From: an uncultured virus (IMG/VR IMGVR_UViG_3300044633_000831)
Lineage: Duplodnaviria > Heunggongvirae > Uroviricota > Caudoviricetes
Reading direction: 5' to 3' (one strand)
Length of the DNA: 64,000 bases
IMG/VR virus record: IMGVR_UViG_3300044633_000831
Shown here: positions 20,011 through 31,409 of the stretch, piece after piece
Layout of the letters: every line of letters starts with the position of its first letter
Numbering within the stretch: the first letter of the stretch is position 1
Translations under genes and position numbers: made by a program
Notes under the pieces: generated by a model
Told to the model about the DNA's origin: nothing
The model's input: the letters and a program-made list of their open reading frames with translations, nothing else
Databases searched by the model: none

Positions 20011-20015
20011 AGTAT

Positions 20016-23000
20016 ATGGCTGTTGGTCGAATTTCTGGTCCGCTCTTAAAAGCAAACCTTCTTCGCGACGGTGTGAATTTAGCTTTTGAGACCGACTTAT
20101 TATTTTTAGATGTAGTAAACGGGCGGATAGGCATTAAGACAGCATCGCCACAATACACACTTGACGTTAATGGTACAACTCGTACTACAAATTTAGAAAC
20201 AACAACTCAAGCTAATATTGCGTCATTTACTATTAATAATAATATTATTGCTAGTAGCAACAGTATTATTAGTTTAGAACCATCTGGTACAAATCCTGTT
20301 GTATATCAAGGTAAATTAATCGTTGATAACAACATACAGATTTCATCAAACATTATACAAGCAACAACAACTGACTCTAATTTAGAAATTAAAACTAATG
20401 GATCAGGTCAAGTAAATATTAATTCAAATGTATTAGTAACTGGTAATGTACACGCTACCGGAACAATTACTGCCGACGGTGACATCATATTAGGTGATGC
20501 TAACACTGATAGCGTTACGTTTAACGCTGATATTACAAGTAATATTAATCCTGATCAAACAAATACATACGACTTAGGTAGTAATCCAACAACTGGCGGA
20601 CAAGAATGGGGCACCAGCTACATTAGTAATATCCAAACTACTAATATTACTGCTGATACATTAAGTGTTAATGGCATTGACTTAATCTTACCTCAAGGTA
20701 ACATATTTTATGTTTCGGTTAACGGTAATGATACTAATGCAGGCGTTCATGAAAATAATCCGTTTGCATCAATAAAACATGCGTTATCAGTAGCAACTGC
20801 AGGTACTACTGTTTACATCTATTCCGGTACTTACACTGAGATATTCCCATTAACTATTCCAGTAGGTGTAACAATCAAAGGTGCAGGTCTTCGATCGGTA
20901 ACTGTTCAACCAACAGTCGGAACAATCGATAACGATGCATTTTTACTAAACGGCGAAACTACAATTGAAGATTTATCTATCGTTGGTTACAGATTTAATA
21001 GTACTAACAATACCGGATATGCATTTAGATTTGCATCTAACTTTTTAGTTTCATCTCGTAGTCCGTACATAAGAAATGTTTCAGTTATTACTAAAGGTTC
21101 TACAACAAGTAGCACTGATCCATATGGATACGACAGTAACGATGCAGGTAAAGGTGCGTTCTTTGATGGAAGTATTGCAAACTCTGCAAGTAAGGAAGTT
21201 ACTGCATTATTTAATTCTGTCACATTTATCACTCCAAATCAAGAAACTCTTGTTGCAACTAATGGTGTTAGGATTGAATGGTTAAATTCATTTACATATT
21301 TTGCCGATAAAGGGATATATGCATATTCGGGTACAACTGGGTTTGCAGGTATAGGCAAAACACGATTAAAAATTAACAATAAAACAGGTACATGGAATGT
21401 AGGTGATACTATTACTTACTATGATACCAACGGCACTACGGTACTTGCAACCGGAGTGATTGATAGTTTTGATGGTAATTTTGTAAACTTAGTAGGCAAG
21501 CAGTCTGGATTTCAAACAATTACAGATAGAATACCAAAAGCAGTGTTTGCAAACGGAAATGCTAAGATTTCTACATTAGAATATAAATTTGGTAATTCAA
21601 GTTTAAATTTAGATGGTACTGGAGACTTTCTTAATGTTCCTAGTCAACCTGATTTTAATTTTAGCAACGGTAATTTTACAATTGAACTATGGGTGTATCA
21701 AACAGTTAATTCTGGAGCAACTCAAATTTTAATTGATATGCGTACTAGTACTCCGCAATCTGCAATCGTGCTATCATTAAATTCTATTAATCAAGTTGCA
21801 TTTACTGTTAATGGTACTGCAGTAATCACATCTACTGATGTAGTTGCAGTGAATACGTGGACACATGTTGCATTATCACGCGCCGGTACATCATCTAAAA
21901 TATTTATTAACGGTGTGCAGTCAGGGTCTACTTATACAGACACTACTGTGTATATTCAAAGTCCTGTACGCATAGGTGCTCGGTTTGATAACACATTAGG
22001 ATTTACTGGATATATTGACGGTGTTAGAATTTGTAAAGGTATTGCAAGGTACACTGGTACATTTGTAGTTCCTAGTTCAGAATCATTAGGCGATTTATCT
22101 ACAGTATTATTATTACATTTTGATGGAAGTAACAACTCGACTACTATTTTAGATAATGGTATTACGTTCCAGGACATTAGATCTTCAGCAGGTGGAACTG
22201 CAAGTATTATTAACTTTGCAGACTATAGCGATTTTGGTGTTGAATTACGATCAATTGGATCTGCAAATATATACGGTACTTACGGCGTATACGCTGACGG
22301 TGACGGAGTTGTACTGTTCTTAACTAGTCACAACTTTTCATATACTGGTTCAGGGAAAGACTCATCAAATACTCCACATAATGAAGGACCTGAAAATCCT
22401 GATGTTGATCCATACGAGATTGTAAAACTTAACAATGCTCAAGTTTATTACACGACTATTAATGAAGAAGGTGATTTTAGAGTTGGCGATAGCTTCTACA
22501 TTGATCAGCATAGTGGTGATGTGTTATTCAACAATCAAAATTTAACAATTACAAGTACTACCGGTGTATCTTTTAGTGACGGAACACATACTACATCTAT
22601 TACATCGCAAGATATTACTACTGGTAATATTAAAATTAGCGGTAACACGATTGAAAGTTTGTCAGGCAATATAAATGTAACTGCAGCAAACGGTGCAATT
22701 AATTTACAAAATAATACATATGTAACTGGTAATTTAGATGTTACTGGTGATGTTACTATTGGCGGAAACATTACAATTGGTGATCAATCTACTGATACTG
22801 TTACATTTACTGCTGGAATCACAAGTAATATTGTTCCAGCAACTACTGCTTTTTATGATTTAGGTACTACTAATTTACGATGGAACAATGCATTTTTAAG
22901 TCGTGCAGAAATAGATGGGTTAGTAATTGACAACAACACTATTAGCACAACATTAAACAATGATGATTTAACATTAACTGCAAATGGTAGCGGACAAGTT

Positions 23001-24281
23001 TATGTACCGTCAAATAATGTACAGATTGATCAAAATTTAACAGTTACTCAAAATTTAACAGTTACGACTGGTACTACTTATTTACAAGATGTTGGAATTA
23101 CTGGTGATATTACTCAAACTGGTGATATTACCCAAACTGGAGACATTAGTACAAGTGGTACAATTACAGTAACTGGAAATATTACAAGCACAGGTGACTT
23201 AGATTTACCAGAAATTACAATATCAAATAACTCAATTTACACTAATGTAACAGATACTGATTTAGAAATTTTTGGAACAGGTACTGGCGGGGTTATTGTT
23301 GAAGGATTAAAAATTACCGATAACGGTATTGCTAGTATCGCAACTAACTCAGGTATAACATTAACTCCACAAGGAACCGGTGGAGTTATAATTGATAGTA
23401 CTACTAGTTTAAAAATTCCAGTTGGTACTACATTAGAAAGACCGTTATTACCTACTAACGGAATGATAAGGTATAATACTACATTATCTAGATATGAAAG
23501 TTATACAGTAAAAGTTCCTGGATCTATACTTTCGGCAGTACAATATGACACCATTGCTGGATTTATTGGACAAACTGATATTGTAATTATCGGTGGAAAT
23601 AATGATGCACGTTGCAGTATTAGTATAACTGGTATTACAATTACAACTCCTGGAACTGGATATACTACAGGCATCGCTACAATCGGCGGCGGAACACGAA
23701 TAGTAATAACGGTTGACGGATTTTGGTTACAACTTAGCGGAGTTATAGATAATAGTGGTAATACTCGTATATTAGCAGAATCATCACCTGGTGCTAACGA
23801 TAACATATTATATTTTTATGCTAATAATCATTTAACAGCAACTATTGACAACGAAAAATTATTTACAGAAAGGTTTCAAACTAATAATTTAGATATTAAT
23901 GGTAATACCATTACTACGTTAGTAGCTGATACTGATATTAATATTACTGCATCAGGAACCGGCGGAGTACATCTTGGGAATTTACGAATTTCTAATGATA
24001 CAATAACAAATGTTTTAGCAAATGCAGTTACTGAATTTGTTAATAGCGGCACTGGTTATGTTAAATTTGCAGGGTCAGGCGGAATAGTTATCCCATCAGG
24101 TGATACCGGATCAACTCGTCCACCAAGTCCTGAAACTGGTATGATACGATTTAATACTTCGTATCAGGTTGTTGAAATTTTTAACGGAGTAACATGGGGT
24201 AGTGTTGCAGGTAATACAGGTGGCGTTACAATTACAGCTGCAAACGAAATAGGATTAGCATCCGCATTAATTTTTGGATAA
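20016..24281 (+). CDS. Large fibre/spike protein with beta-helix and inserted LamG/ConA-like lectin domain
   Basis: Paralog of 16746; FTIELWVY..WTHVAL.R...F.GYIDGVRI.KG.ARY LamG signature at about 21530-22155. Confidence 0.8.
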   Translation: MAVGRISGPLLKANLLRDGVNLAFETDLLFLDVVNGRIGIKTASPQYTLDVNGTTRTTNLETTTQANIASFTINNNIIASSNSIISLEPSGTNPVVYQGKLIVDNNIQISSNIIQATTTDSNLEIKTNGSGQVNINSNVLVTGNVHATGTITADGDIILGDANTDSVTFNADITSNINPDQTNTYDLGSNPTTGGQEWGTSYISNIQTTNITADTLSVNGIDLILPQGNIFYVSVNGNDTNAGVHENNPFASIKHALSVATAGTTVYIYSGTYTEIFPLTIPVGVTIKGAGLRSVTVQPTVGTIDNDAFLLNGETTIEDLSIVGYRFNSTNNTGYAFRFASNFLVSSRSPYIRNVSVITKGSTTSSTDPYGYDSNDAGKGAFFDGSIANSASKEVTALFNSVTFITPNQETLVATNGVRIEWLNSFTYFADKGIYAYSGTTGFAGIGKTRLKINNKTGTWNVGDTITYYDTNGTTVLATGVIDSFDGNFVNLVGKQSGFQTITDRIPKAVFANGNAKISTLEYKFGNSSLNLDGTGDFLNVPSQPDFNFSNGNFTIELWVYQTVNSGATQILIDMRTSTPQSAIVLSLNSINQVAFTVNGTAVITSTDVVAVNTWTHVALSRAGTSSKIFINGVQSGSTYTDTTVYIQSPVRIGARFDNTLGFTGYIDGVRICKGIARYTGTFVVPSSESLGDLSTVLLLHFDGSNNSTTILDNGITFQDIRSSAGGTASIINFADYSDFGVELRSIGSANIYGTYGVYADGDGVVLFLTSHNFSYTGSGKDSSNTPHNEGPENPDVDPYEIVKLNNAQVYYTTINEEGDFRVGDSFYIDQHSGDVLFNNQNLTITSTTGVSFSDGTHTTSITSQDITTGNIKISGNTIESLSGNINVTAANGAINLQNNTYVTGNLDVTGDVTIGGNITIGDQSTDTVTFTAGITSNIVPATTAFYDLGTTNLRWNNAFLSRAEIDGLVIDNNTISTTLNNDDLTLTANGSGQVYVPSNNVQIDQNLTVTQNLTVTTGTTYLQDVGITGDITQTGDITQTGDISTSGTITVTGNITSTGDLDLPEITISNNSIYTNVTDTDLEIFGTGTGGVIVEGLKITDNGIASIATNSGITLTPQGTGGVIIDSTTSLKIPVGTTLERPLLPTNGMIRYNTTLSRYESYTVKVPGSILSAVQYDTIAGFIGQTDIVIIGGNNDARCSISITGITITTPGTGYTTGIATIGGGTRIVITVDGFWLQLSGVIDNSGNTRILAESSPGANDNILYFYANNHLTATIDNEKLFTERFQTNNLDINGNTITTLVADTDINITASGTGGVHLGNLRISNDTITNVLANAVTEFVNSGTGYVKFAGSGGIVIPSGDTGSTRPPSPETGMIRFNTSYQVVEIFNGVTWGSVAGNTGGVTITAANEIGLASALIFG

Positions 24282-24284
24282 CAA

Positions 24285-24614
24285 ATGGCTACATTTTTAA
24301 GAACAACAGTAAAGAAGAACATAGGAACTACTCCAGTACAAGCATTAACACCTGGATCTACTAGCAGTTTTACAGTAATTGGATGTAATTTATCAAATAC
24401 AACAGACTATGATGTTATTGTTAGTATTACGATTACTGACTCGTCAAACGTTGTTGGCAGTTATGTGTCGTCTTTAACAATTCGCCCTTATAATAGTGCT
24501 AAAATAATTACAAATGGTGAAAAATTAATAGTAGCAGGCAGCTGCATTATGACAATTGTTAGTGATACCGATAACAGTATTGATGCAGTAATCAGCTATG
24601 CTGAAGTAATATAA
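24285..24614 (+). CDS. Small beta-sandwich virion protein (paralog family)
   Basis: TVIGCNLSN...I.P.....GEKLIV pattern. Confidence 0.7.
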   Translation: MATFLRTTVKKNIGTTPVQALTPGSTSSFTVIGCNLSNTTDYDVIVSITITDSSNVVGSYVSSLTIRPYNSAKIITNGEKLIVAGSCIMTIVSDTDNSIDAVISYAEVI

Positions 24615-24623
24615 GGAATTATA

Positions 24624-24980
24624 ATGAGTAATTATTTTTTAGGTAATGAAAAATCTGATATTATCGGCGATAGTGCAGGATATTTATATGCATTGCGCAG
24701 AACAGACGACGGTGAATTATATTTTGCAAGAGTTAATCAACTAAGCAGAAATGATTCAATACAAATAAACAACGAAGGCGATCCCGAAGATAACTACCCA
24801 GATTTTGAATCAAATGTTGATTTTTTTGAAGGTAGAGATGTATATCATAATTTAGCTTATGCAAATTTAAATTATGAACAATATCGATGGGATAACAGAA
24901 ACATATATTACTACGTTGACAGCTCTGGTAATTTAGTAATGCGTACTGACACAAAATATCAGTACCCAAGTGGAATATAA
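24624..24980 (+). CDS. Hypothetical virion protein
   Basis: 118-aa ORF, AAGGA RBS, within the structural operon. Confidence 0.7.
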   Translation: MSNYFLGNEKSDIIGDSAGYLYALRRTDDGELYFARVNQLSRNDSIQINNEGDPEDNYPDFESNVDFFEGRDVYHNLAYANLNYEQYRWDNRNIYYYVDSSGNLVMRTDTKYQYPSGI

Positions 24981-24991
24981 CGAGGTAAGAA

Positions 24992-27900
24992 ATGGCTGAA
25001 TTTAAATTAGATAAAATTAGATTTACCTGGAAAGGTGATTGGACTACTAATATTTTTTATACCAAAGACGATATTGTAAGATACGGCGGAAAATCGTATG
25101 TCTGTTTAGTAGGACACACTGCGAGTTCCAATTTCTACACAGACTTAAACTATATCAATAATGCAACTGAACCAGATACTGCTGCTCCAAAATGGACTTT
25201 GTGGTTTGACGGGTATGCATGGAAAAGTAGTTGGAATTTTTCAACTTTTTATAACCAAGGTGATGTAGTTAGATATAACGGTTTCTTGTATATCTGTCTT
25301 ACCTCTCATACATCTACTGCACAAATTAATGCGTTGTCAGGATTAACCACCGATTCATTAAAGTGGTCAGAATATCTTAAAACTGATTATTGGAGAGGCG
25401 ACTGGGTAGCAATGGTACCGTATCAATTAGGTGATATCGTACGATACGGCGGCACTATTTACAGATGTACAAATGCTCATCAGATGTCTGCATTTATTGC
25501 AGTAGGATTGTGGGAAATTGTTACGCAAGGGGTAGATTACAAATATAGTTGGACTCCGTCAACTAATTATAAAGCTAAAGACATTGTAAAATACGGTGGT
25601 GATATTTGGTTATGTACAACTGACCATACTTCTATTGCAACATTTCAAACAGGTAACTGGACATTATATGTCCCAGGTATACGATTTAGAAACGACTGGA
25701 GTTCTACATCATATACCTATACCATTAGTGCGTTGTTACCGGGTGTGCCTTATATAAAAAATGATCTTGTACAATACAATGGCATTATTTACAGATTTAC
25801 AATGAGCGGTACACTTACTTTAGACATTGGAGATATACCATGGATCTTAACAACAACAATGGTAGAAATTGTACCACCCATTGGGGTATATGCTCCTGGT
25901 GATATTGTTGGTTACGGCGGCTACAATTATATTAGTAAAACTCATAATACTGATGCGGTTCCGAGTGTAAGTACAAGTGACTGGACATTATTGACCACCG
26001 GGTTTAAAATTAAAGGTAGCTGGTCGTCAACTACTCAATATTACGTCGGTGATGTTGTAAGACGTAATGGACAGCTTTATGTTTGTATTTTAGATAATCT
26101 AAATACAGAAACTACTAACACTGGATTTTGGACTTTAGTAGTATCTGGTAATGAATGGAACGGAATATGGCTTTCTGGAAACACATATGTAATTGGCGAC
26201 TTGGTGTCATTTAATACATCAACATACAGGTGTATTTTAAAACATGTTTCAGCTTCTAATAATAACCCAATTGCCGATACTTCCGGTACTTATTGGAATC
26301 GATTAGTTGCAGGTGCAATTAACGAACCGATGACTGCAACTGGCGATACGATTTCTTATCAAAGTGCAAATATTGCAATACCAGTAGGAACACTTGCTAA
26401 TACTTATAAAGCAAGCACAGTACCATATTGGGAAAAATTTGGAGTAATATCTAATGTGTTTTATGTTGCACCAACTGGAACTGATTCTACTACATTTGGA
26501 ATATCATTAGAACAACCATTTAAAACAATAAAATATGCTTGTGATTACATTGCAAGTTTAAATGTTCCTAGTGCAACTTTGTTTATTAAAACTGGTACAT
26601 ACAGTGAAATTTTACCGATTACTGTTGTAGCTGGGTTAGAATTAGTTGGAGACGAAATTAGAAGCACAGTAGTGCAACCTGCAAGTGGTTATACAACGTC
26701 AAATATGTTCTATGTTAGGAATGGGTCTGGTATTAGAAATATGACTTTATCTGGATTAGTGGGTACATTAGGTGCTGCTAATGAATATGGCACTAGTCGT
26801 CCGACTGCTGGTGCGTATGTTAGTTTAGATCCAGGTACAGGCCCTGCAGATTCGTCAACATGGATTACAACTAAGTCACCGTATGTGCAAAATGTATCTA
26901 CTTTTGGTACCGGTTGTGTCGGATTAAAAGTTGATAGTACATTACACAATGGTGGTAATCGATCAGTTGTAGCAAATGATTTTACACAAATCTTAAGTGA
27001 TGGTATCGGTGTTTGGTGTACTGGTACAGGTGCATTAACTGAATTAGTATCTGTATTTTCGTATTATGGTCACATTGGTTATCTAGCAGAAAATGGTGGT
27101 AAAATTCGTGCTACTAACGGTAATAGCTCATATGGCACGTATGGTACAGTAGCTGAAGGATATGATCTAACTGAAAGCCCATTAGTCGGTGCAGTTAACA
27201 ATAGAACTCAATATGCTCAAGTTGCATCATCCTTTGCAGGACAAGCACAAGATAAAATTTTAGTGTTAGAATATTTAAATGCTGGACAAGAATATACAAT
27301 GCAGTCAGCACCATCTGCATTATTTACCGGAGCTGGTACTGGTGCATCAGTTGTGTTTGATGAATTTAGAGATAACGCAATATTCGAAGCATTTGTGGTT
27401 GGTTCTACATATAGTGCAGGTGGTAGTGGATATATTACCGGCGGTAATCAAGCACAAAGTGGTTCAGCAACTACTATTACTATTGCGTCTAATGACCAAA
27501 GAACATCTGCTAACTATGTTGGAATGCGTATTATTATAAACAGCGGTACTGGGGTAGGGCAGTATGGATATATTCAATCATATGATGCAGTTAGTAAAGT
27601 TGCAACTATTTATAAAGAAAGTACTAGCGTTGCTGGATGGGATCATGTAATACCCGGAACACTTATTGCATCTGTATTAGATTCTACTACAGTTTACAGT
27701 ATTGAACCTCGTGTTACTTTTTCAACTCCGTTAATTACACTAACTTCAGTTAGTTCGGCCGCAAATACATCCGCAATTGCTTACGGCAACGGAAAGTTTG
27801 TATCAGTTGGCGGTACCGGTACCGGAGTTATTGCATACTCAACAACTGGATCATCATGGACTTCTGGAACTGGTACAGTTGGATTTAATTCACCAACCGT

Positions 27901-30900
27901 TGCATTTGCTGCGGCATCTAACACATTTGTCGCTATAAATGCGTCTGGAAGTGTATATGGTTATTCGACAGACGGTATAGCATGGACAAGCGGTACACTA
28001 ATGTCTTCGAATTCAAATTCAGAAATTATTGCTGCCGGTACTAAAGTCGCATACGTAAGCTTTAATGCCAACCGAACTAATCTATTAGGAAGATCTGAAG
28101 ATTTTTCAAATGCGAGTCGATGGACATTATCTCAAGCATCTGTTATTTCAAATGCAACCATTGCGCCTGACGGAAATATGACAGCTGATAAAATTGTTGC
28201 TAATGCAGTAGCTACATCTCACATTGTAACATCGGCTAGTTATTCTGTAACTGCTAATGTACCATATACAGCATCTATTTTTGTTAAAAATGACGACTAT
28301 GCAAGAAAAGGTATTAGAATAAACATGGCAGGAGTGGTAGCTGATTACGATTTAATATCGTTAACCGCAGTGATGCAATCAAATCCTGGTAGCACAGCGG
28401 TGTCATATTCTATTATCCCGCTAGACAACGGATGGTACCGATGCTCCTTGACATATACCGTAAATACTGACACCGTAAACATGGAATTATGGTTGTCAAA
28501 TGGTTACAACCTTGGTTTTGCCGGAAACGGGGTATCCGGAATGTATTTTTGGGGAGCCCAACTTGAAATAGGTTCATACGCATCTGGATATATTCCTACA
28601 TTCGGATACCCCGCCGCATCAGCAACAACCGAATTACTTTCTTCGTCAAACGGTACATCGTGGACAGCATTAGGTTGCCCTAGTATAACGGGTGGTCCTA
28701 TTGCATACGGTGGAAATACTTATGTATCATTCTTATCAGGTAATACTAACCAACTTGCATATTCGACCAACCAACTCGCCTGGACAACTGTAATATTGCC
28801 AACGACCGCAACATGGGCAAGTGTAACATACGGCAACGGTAGATTTATAGCAATTGCAAATAGTGGAACAAATGCAGTATATTCATTAGACGGTATTACA
28901 TGGGTGTTATCTACATTACCAATCAGTTCCACATGGACAAAAATAACCTACAACCAAGGTGTATTCTTTGCGGTATCTAATTCAGTTAATTCTGCAACCA
29001 CTAATGACGGTGTTATGTGGGTATTACAAACTTTGCCGATCAATCTCTGGAACAGTGTAGCAATTGGTTCAATCTCGTCTGTTCCAACTGCAGTTGCAAT
29101 TGATACAACTGGGAATACCCAAGCAATTACGTTAGGAACCCGAGCATTAGGTAGAGTAATTGCTGCGTCAGGAAAAATCGGCGGTATTAAAATATGGAAT
29201 CCAGGCAGCGGATATTTAACGGTTCCGTCAATATCGCAATTTACAGGAAGTATTACCGGAACTACGTTATCTGTAACTGCTGTTAGTTCGGTAATATTGC
29301 CAACAGTTGGAATGCTGCTGGGCGGCGGTCTTGGGAATATTTTAGCAAATACATCAATAACTGCACAGAATAGTACAACATTTACTGGATTTATTTCTAA
29401 TTTTAGTTTAACTATTACTGATATTACTAGTGGTGTGATTACAACCGGACTAGTGTTAACCGGATTAAGTATTTCATCTGGTACAACAGTAACTGGATTA
29501 GATTCTGCTATATTCACTGGGTCTATATCCGGCACAACGCTAACCGTATCAGCAATGACATCCGGAGTTATATATGCCGGTATGACACTTACCGGTGGAT
29601 CGATACCTACAGGAACATACATTGTTTCAAATATTAGCGGAGCTGGTACTAATAGCACATGGACTGTAAGTACATCAGTAGCTCAATCATCAACTATTAT
29701 TTCTGGTGTAAGATATACCGTTAATATTAACCAAACTGTGCAATTAACCGGAATAACCGGAAATAGTTTTACGGTAAATATATCACAGACCGTTAACTCA
29801 GTTTATATGCAAGGGTTTACTGCAGGTTCTGCAGTAGTAACTATTACAGATCCAAATGCAACAACTGCTGCAATCTTAACTTGTCGTACAGGAAATGGTG
29901 TATTAGGAAACCCCACATTTATATCACGCGGTACTAACTATCAAACATCAACTACTACTTGTAAAATTATAGGAGGAAACGGATATGCCGATGTTAATCA
30001 AACATCAAAATACTTAACTGTTAGTAACCTAACATATCAACCTAGTTTAGGTTCGAGTTTAGTAATTGCAAACGACCCAACTGACTATAAAGTTGTTAAT
30101 GTATCTGCAACCTCAGCTGATCCGTATTTTAATAATGTTGTTCTATTCTTAACCGGTGACGATTTACTAGATCATTCACTATCTAACGTTGCATTATCTA
30201 ACATTGTTGATCGAATAACAGTTAGTACTTTGGAAAAATACACCGGTACTGGTTCTTTATATTTTCCTCCAATCGGTGGTGGTTTTGCACTTCCTCAAAT
30301 TACAGTTTCTGAAGATTTTACTTGGGAAGTATGGTTGAAAAGAACTGTTCCTGTGATCCATGTTTATACTATAGTTACAGCACTAGCAGGCGGGGAATCT
30401 ATTGGATGGTATGGAAATAGCACAACTTGGCGTGTTCAATTTAGTAATGTTTCAGCGAATTTTACCATACCTGATACTATTAACCAATGGGCACATTATG
30501 CAGTTGTTAAATCCGGTAATACAATTCGTGTATTTGTAAATGGTGTTGAATATGGAAGTGTGGGTGCAACATCGGATACTATATTAAAAATTGATTCTAT
30601 TGGTGATACAAGTTTAAAATTTGTTGGCTACATGGATAACTTGAGAATATCAAACATCGCAAGATATACTAAAAATTTTACCCCACCGACAAGTATATTT
30701 TCATCATACACTATTCAAATTAGTCCAACAATTGATCGAGTATTAACGCCAGTACACGGAACATCAGTATCTATTAGACAAAAATACAGTCAAGTTAGGT
30801 TAACTGGCCATGATTACTTGTTAATCGGTACTGGTAATAGAACAACTACTGATTATCCTAATGTTGATATTACAACTGCAGCATCGTTTAAGCAAGTACA

Positions 30901-31360
30901 AGAAAACAATTTAGGTAGAGTATTTGTAACCTCAACTGACCAAGATGGTAATTTTAATGTCGGCGGGTTATTTGGGGTACAACAAGCAACTGGTATTGTT
31001 ACTGTGTCAGCTGATTTATTTAACTTAAATGGAATAACATCATTATCATTAGGCGGAGTTCAAGTTGGAATAAATCAAGTAGCAATTACGCAATTTTCAA
31101 CAGATTCATACTTTGTGGCAAATAGCGATAGTATAGTTCCGACAGAACGCGCAATTAAGAGTTATATTGCTAGAGCTATCAGTGCAGGCGGCTCAAATGC
31201 ACAAACTTCTATTTTAACTGCAGGTACTGTTCAAATTGGACCATATAAAATTAATTCTTCAATTTCAGGTAGAGTTAAGATTAACAACAAAATGAATTTT
31301 AAAAAAGGCATTGATGGAACATTACTAGCAATGAATTATTTTAAACAAAGCTGGCAGTAA
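24992..31360 (+). CDS. Giant fibre/spike protein: CBM5/12-like repeats, beta-helix, BNR-like propeller repeats, LamG domain
   Basis: Repeated W....Y..GD.V.YGG..Y.C...H.S, SPYVQNV, YS.DG..W repeats; LamG at about 30120-30700. Confidence 0.8.
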   Translation: MAEFKLDKIRFTWKGDWTTNIFYTKDDIVRYGGKSYVCLVGHTASSNFYTDLNYINNATEPDTAAPKWTLWFDGYAWKSSWNFSTFYNQGDVVRYNGFLYICLTSHTSTAQINALSGLTTDSLKWSEYLKTDYWRGDWVAMVPYQLGDIVRYGGTIYRCTNAHQMSAFIAVGLWEIVTQGVDYKYSWTPSTNYKAKDIVKYGGDIWLCTTDHTSIATFQTGNWTLYVPGIRFRNDWSSTSYTYTISALLPGVPYIKNDLVQYNGIIYRFTMSGTLTLDIGDIPWILTTTMVEIVPPIGVYAPGDIVGYGGYNYISKTHNTDAVPSVSTSDWTLLTTGFKIKGSWSSTTQYYVGDVVRRNGQLYVCILDNLNTETTNTGFWTLVVSGNEWNGIWLSGNTYVIGDLVSFNTSTYRCILKHVSASNNNPIADTSGTYWNRLVAGAINEPMTATGDTISYQSANIAIPVGTLANTYKASTVPYWEKFGVISNVFYVAPTGTDSTTFGISLEQPFKTIKYACDYIASLNVPSATLFIKTGTYSEILPITVVAGLELVGDEIRSTVVQPASGYTTSNMFYVRNGSGIRNMTLSGLVGTLGAANEYGTSRPTAGAYVSLDPGTGPADSSTWITTKSPYVQNVSTFGTGCVGLKVDSTLHNGGNRSVVANDFTQILSDGIGVWCTGTGALTELVSVFSYYGHIGYLAENGGKIRATNGNSSYGTYGTVAEGYDLTESPLVGAVNNRTQYAQVASSFAGQAQDKILVLEYLNAGQEYTMQSAPSALFTGAGTGASVVFDEFRDNAIFEAFVVGSTYSAGGSGYITGGNQAQSGSATTITIASNDQRTSANYVGMRIIINSGTGVGQYGYIQSYDAVSKVATIYKESTSVAGWDHVIPGTLIASVLDSTTVYSIEPRVTFSTPLITLTSVSSAANTSAIAYGNGKFVSVGGTGTGVIAYSTTGSSWTSGTGTVGFNSPTVAFAAASNTFVAINASGSVYGYSTDGIAWTSGTLMSSNSNSEIIAAGTKVAYVSFNANRTNLLGRSEDFSNASRWTLSQASVISNATIAPDGNMTADKIVANAVATSHIVTSASYSVTANVPYTASIFVKNDDYARKGIRINMAGVVADYDLISLTAVMQSNPGSTAVSYSIIPLDNGWYRCSLTYTVNTDTVNMELWLSNGYNLGFAGNGVSGMYFWGAQLEIGSYASGYIPTFGYPAASATTELLSSSNGTSWTALGCPSITGGPIAYGGNTYVSFLSGNTNQLAYSTNQLAWTTVILPTTATWASVTYGNGRFIAIANSGTNAVYSLDGITWVLSTLPISSTWTKITYNQGVFFAVSNSVNSATTNDGVMWVLQTLPINLWNSVAIGSISSVPTAVAIDTTGNTQAITLGTRALGRVIAASGKIGGIKIWNPGSGYLTVPSISQFTGSITGTTLSVTAVSSVILPTVGMLLGGGLGNILANTSITAQNSTTFTGFISNFSLTITDITSGVITTGLVLTGLSISSGTTVTGLDSAIFTGSISGTTLTVSAMTSGVIYAGMTLTGGSIPTGTYIVSNISGAGTNSTWTVSTSVAQSSTIISGVRYTVNINQTVQLTGITGNSFTVNISQTVNSVYMQGFTAGSAVVTITDPNATTAAILTCRTGNGVLGNPTFISRGTNYQTSTTTCKIIGGNGYADVNQTSKYLTVSNLTYQPSLGSSLVIANDPTDYKVVNVSATSADPYFNNVVLFLTGDDLLDHSLSNVALSNIVDRITVSTLEKYTGTGSLYFPPIGGGFALPQITVSEDFTWEVWLKRTVPVIHVYTIVTALAGGESIGWYGNSTTWRVQFSNVSANFTIPDTINQWAHYAVVKSGNTIRVFVNGVEYGSVGATSDTILKIDSIGDTSLKFVGYMDNLRISNIARYTKNFTPPTSIFSSYTIQISPTIDRVLTPVHGTSVSIRQKYSQVRLTGHDYLLIGTGNRTTTDYPNVDITTAASFKQVQENNLGRVFVTSTDQDGNFNVGGLFGVQQATGIVTVSADLFNLNGITSLSLGGVQVGINQVAITQFSTDSYFVANSDSIVPTERAIKSYIARAISAGGSNAQTSILTAGTVQIGPYKINSSISGRVKINNKMNFKKGIDGTLLAMNYFKQSWQ

Positions 31361-31409
31361 GTATGACAATGGATAAATATAAAAACAACACAGATTTCGG
31401 AGTAGCTAG

